A stretch of DNA of 62,914 nt, counting the filler, from Licmophora abbreviata (Eukaryota), in the NCBI GenBank assembly GCA_900291995.1. It is 16 parts of 16 records of this genome, joined end to end, with 100 filler letters (N's around TTAATTAATTAA, not from the genome) between each part and the next. Parts side by side here need not be neighbours in the genome. Positions count along the whole stretch, not along the records: positions 55,600 to 58,901 come from OLMU01005086.1; positions 59,002 to 62,914 come from OLMU01005087.1; 14 more parts are not named here. One strand, 5' to 3'. The translations under genes were made by a program, and so were the position numbers. Below the pieces are notes generated by a model. The model worked only from the letters and a program-made list of their open reading frames with translations, had not been told where the DNA came from and searched no databases. Positions 58,877 to 62,914 of the stretch are shown here, one piece after another. The stretch's first letter is position 1, and each line of letters begins with the position of its first letter.

Positions 58877-61159
58877 CTATGAGAACTCTCTCACAAACTT
58901 CNNNNNNNNNNNNNNNNNNNNNNNNNNNNNNNNNNNNNNNNNNNNTTAATTAATTAANNNNNNNNNNNNNNNNNNNNNNNNNNNNNNNNNNNNNNNNNNN
59001 NGAACTCTCTCACAAACTTCTCGTGGTGCTCTCGAAACAGATCAATAGCATTGACGGTATCGGGATGCAAAAATGTCGTTCGAAAGCCCACGCGTCCTTT
59101 GGCTTGTCCAAATCCACTGGCGGGCACGACACAGATACCCGTTTCCTCCAACAAACTAAGAGCGTAGAGGTTGTCCGGCGTCGTTCCGAGTTCTTTAGCC
59201 TTTTCAATCGCCTTGTCCGGGATCTCCACCCTGGGGAAAGCGTACATGGCGCCCTCTGCCGGAACACAAGAGATGCCTGGAATCTGATTGAGACCCTCCA
59301 CCAATTTTTGCGAACGCTCCTTCAGACCATTGTAGATACCGTTCACTTCCAGCTCGAAAAGCGGGTAAGATTCATCTCCCTCCTTTGGTGGTCTCACCAT
59401 GAGACTCGTCATTATCTGCCCAACGACACCCGAGCAGAGTTCGGAACTGGCAAGTTTGTATAGCTGTGACTGGACGTATGGATCAATGTGATGGAGTTCC
59501 ATGTACCCACCGCGTCTCCCGCATTCTCCAATCAACCCCTTGCTAGTAGAATGAAAACTCACCAGTTGGAGATTCTTCAACTGACAGTCCAAAGCTACCT
59601 TCTTGGCGCTGACAAACTCAGCGCTGTCTGCGTACACATTCGACTGGTACACTTCATCCGCTAGACACACAATACCATTGTCGGCGCAGAATTCAACAAC
59701 CACTTGAATATCACAATGCGTCATGACATTTCCGGAGGGATTTCCAGGATTGATAATGGCCATGGCCTTTACTTCCAAGCCTTCTTTTCTTGCTTTTTCG
59801 AGCTGCCTGTCGAGTTCCTCTCGGGACACGGCCCAGTTGAGCGACTCGTCCAATTCGTATCCGACCTGGCGCCCACCGAGTTTTGCAATCAAGGCCGAGT
59901 AAATGGGATACTGCGGAATGGGAATCATGACAGCGTCATTGTTGTTGGCCAACAGGCCCTGTAGCACCATGCCAATGCCCGCCGACGCTCCATTGGATAG
60001 AAAAATATTCCCCGGAAAAGCAGGGTATCCGTCTCTCTTTTCAATAAAGTCGGCCACGTGCTGTCGTAGGCCTAGTAATCCTTGCTGATGAATTGAGTAA
60101 GAAAAGTCAGAATCGTGACGCATAAATGTGTGAGGGATGGTCGCTTTCTCCTCGTGAACAACTCGCTCATAGCCGAACAGCACTCCCTATACACAAGACT
60201 TACACTGTGCGTGTACGCCCCGGTCCCAGCCGGTCCGATAATCTCCCGGTACTCCCGGGCTCGCTCGACGACATCCGCAGGAAAGAGTTGCTTGACGTCG
60301 GGATGATCGACTCCGCAATTCGCCGGCAAATCGCAGAGTGCAAGAACTTGACGAAAGTACGTAATGGGCTGCTGTCCGACCTGATGTGGATTACCTGAAA
60401 GAGAGCGCACACGCAACGTGTAAGCAACAGGCACGAACAAACAACCATACGAGACCCAGAGCACGTTGCAGGCTAAGATAGCATACCAATGTTGGTGTAC
60501 AAAATCTCCTTGCCCTGTGCCGCCAATTGATCCGCACGCATGACGACTTCTCCACGGACTGCATACTGCATTCTCCGCAAGGACTGACTCATGGTTTCTT
60601 CATTCCACGTAAAGAATGTCTCTTCCTCTGCATCACTGATTTCTCCTGTTGAGGGATGTTTTGCAAAGTATTCCAGCATGCGACTGTTCTTCATGTCGGC
60701 CGACATTTTCGTCGCAGCCACGAGCCACTTTTTAAACGCGCGCTGGTCGTACTGTTGACCTGCCGCAGTACGTTGTTCGAGTCTATTCCAAGCGTACGGC
60801 ATAACTTCCTTGGGATCGTCGGGTAGGACTTCCTGCATGAAGGTTTTAAGGTCGTTCGGGTCCACTGTCCCGTTTTCTTCCAGATCGATTGCTTCAAACA
60901 AGGCGTTCGCGCCGCGACCGGTCGACAAGTAGAACTCCCAGAGCTGCTTGCGGACATTGACAATGGGTTTGGGATTGGCAGTCTTCTGCACCTGTTCGGA
61001 TAAGCTCGCAAACGAGGCGCCTCGAAAATTTGGTGGCCATGCCGTGGGAACGTTGACGAGAGGTGAGCGTCGGGAGCCCGAGAGCGACACGGGAAAAATA
61101 CTCGACCGCTGCTGGATGCGGCGGTGGCTACTTAGCCTTCTACCGACACTTCGAATCAT
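58877..61159 (-). CDS. Alanine (glutamate:glyoxylate-type) aminotransferase with N-terminal EF-hand-like domain
   Basis: YAVRGE, NIGNP, PIPQYPIYSA, INPGNP, ADEVYQ, SFHSTSKG and GECGRRGGY. Two introns. The stop is recovered from the overlapping contig end (REFS*, 58877). Confidence 0.92.
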
Positions 61160-61906
61160 CGTGTGCGACGGCGGACGTAATGTGCGACCACGAGAGCACT
61201 GCAGCACTGCACAGGATATAGTTTAGATGCAGCAAAGACCGCACAGCGACCTGAACTGAACTGAACTGCAACATCGCATGTCGGCGTGTCGGTCGGGAAA
61301 GGTTCAATTCAAATTGAAAATTTCGGATGACGTGTGCCTGGAGACACTGCGCGCACGGCCGGCTGGATCGCGCGCGAGAAGAGGGTACTAGGGACAGATG
61401 GACAGACGGAAGCGGTAGTTGTTCTGCTTGCACCTTTTACGCCGACGGTCACCTAATACTATACGTCGTCGAACCTTACACTCATAACAGTGACGAACAC
61501 ATGGTTCACATCCTTCCATCTGTGTTTGAAACACTCCAGGTAAGTGTGTTTATGGCAGACTATCTCGAGAGGGTGAGAGTAGCGAGTGCATATCGCTGCC
61601 GTTGATTGACGAGAAGCGATGACACGGAATGGAGAGAGCTTTACTTCTCGTCGCTGTTTCTTCAACAGGTTCATATACACAGTATTGTAAGGGAACATTT
61701 CTCCTGTTTTCAGATAAACAAGTAGGTCGAATCTTATGCATACGGAAAACTTGATACAGTGGTCGTGATTACTAAGAGGTTTTTGGTGTTTAGAAGTAGT
61801 GTGCTGCGGCAATGATGTTGTTGTTGTTGATGATGGTGATGATGAGGGAGCGTGCATTTGTTTCTTCATATTCGTACAGAGTGCTATTCTTCCTTCCTAC
61901 CGCGCT

Positions 61907-62512
61907 TCACGGAGACGCACAGTATTCATCTTCGCTGCCATCGTCGCAATGCAGTAGCTTGCACGACACACGAGGACTGTAGTACCCGACCAACTCTTCG
62001 TTGGACGAGGGCAATCGACAGGTCGCACAGGTTCCTGCCGCATGCAAGGTCGGAATGGCACGGCATTGGTTCTTGTTGCAGTCTGCGGAAACTTTGATGT
62101 ACTGGAATCCAACAATCGGATAATAGACGACGTCGTGGGCCTCTTCCGCGTGACTCGGCCAGACAAAGATTTCTTCTTCCGATGGGATCTTTCTTCGGTT
62201 CGGTAGCGAAAATACGCGAGCGACGAATTCTCGAGCCGAGGTGAGTTTCTTCGATGCGTGCTCCTCTGATGTTCCGGGTACATCGTCCGCGTGTGCAGCT
62301 TCCCAGGCTGCCAACTGATTGCCTTGTTGGGGAAGCAAGTGCAGAGCTGATGACGAAAATGTGAGCGGGTGGTGACAGCCGCTCGTTTGATGAGGATGAG
62401 GAGAAACTCCGAAGGCTTCAGTACTGGTCGAGGCAACCAGAACGAGGCATAAAGCAGCGAACGAGGCGGAAAGGTGTCGAGACATGCTGTCGAGAGGGAG
62501 AATAAGTGACAC
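61907..62512 (-). CDS. Hypothetical protein with a plastid-type bipartite presequence
   Basis: Hydrophobic signal ending TEA-F, with a conserved-looking DVVYYPIVGF...EELVGYY core. Confidence 0.6.
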   Translation of the reverse strand: MSLILPLDSMSRHLSASFAALCLVLVASTSTEAFGVSPHPHQTSGCHHPLTFSSSALHLLPQQGNQLAAWEAAHADDVPGTSEEHASKKLTSAREFVARVFSLPNRRKIPSEEEIFVWPSHAEEAHDVVYYPIVGFQYIKVSADCNKNQCRAIPTLHAAGTCATCRLPSSNEELVGYYSPRVSCKLLHCDDGSEDEYCASP

Positions 62513-62914
62513 GCCAAAGAAAGACCGGCCACAACAATGGGCTAGACAAGAGATTGAACGAAGTGCGTGTTTTGGTGAAATTCTTCTGTCCGTGAGGCCT
62601 TCCTGTACAATTCAGTATAGTTTCTACGTGGATCGAATCATCATGGACGTGTCTGTCTGATTCAGAAATTCTGGCTTTCTTTTTCTGTGAAAAATGATTG
62701 GCCGAGAACGACGCGAGCTTCTTCGCCGTGACGTTGTATACACAATTACAGAGTCGAATACATTTATTGGCTGGCGTACTTGAATGCGAACCCTGAAAAA
62801 GATTCTTGAAAAGATACCCGGAGATGCATGAAATCTTGGCTTGGCGAAACTTCTTGGTAACATGCCGCTAGACAATTTCGACCTACCGTCGTCTACCTGG
62901 TACCCGGGCAAGCT

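Overview
This window is a concatenation of about 16 contigs joined by artificial N-TTAATTAATTAA-N spacers, and it contains two unrelated genomes. Positions 1-19956 are high-GC alphaproteobacterial DNA (Rhodobacteraceae/roseobacter-like). They carry a TMAO locus (tmoX-like binding protein divergent from torR, plus torS and torT), agmatinase, an SbtA-family bicarbonate permease, a decayed autotransporter and an IS3 element inactivated by two small hairpin insertions. They also carry a stand-alone MuF (phage head morphogenesis)-toxin gene followed by three paralogous immunity-like genes, beside plasmid/ICE-type genes (DUF6927-like, DUF3085-like, ParB-like, DUF3768). Positions 20057-62914 are intron-containing eukaryotic DNA with diatom hallmarks: bipartite plastid presequences, a silicanin-like protein and SLC4. 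Notable genes there are a spliced Myb-ankyrin-HDAC fusion, an MLO-like protein fused to a voltage-sensor-like/PH-like region, a double-bromodomain p300/CBP-type HAT, a plastid-targeted transhydrogenase-like flavoprotein, PhoX and an EF-hand alanine aminotransferase. The best candidate for an undescribed system is the non-phage MuF-toxin/immunity array with a CtrA-like box upstream, possibly cargo for GTA or phage heads. All family assignments are from motif recognition by eye, not from database searches.
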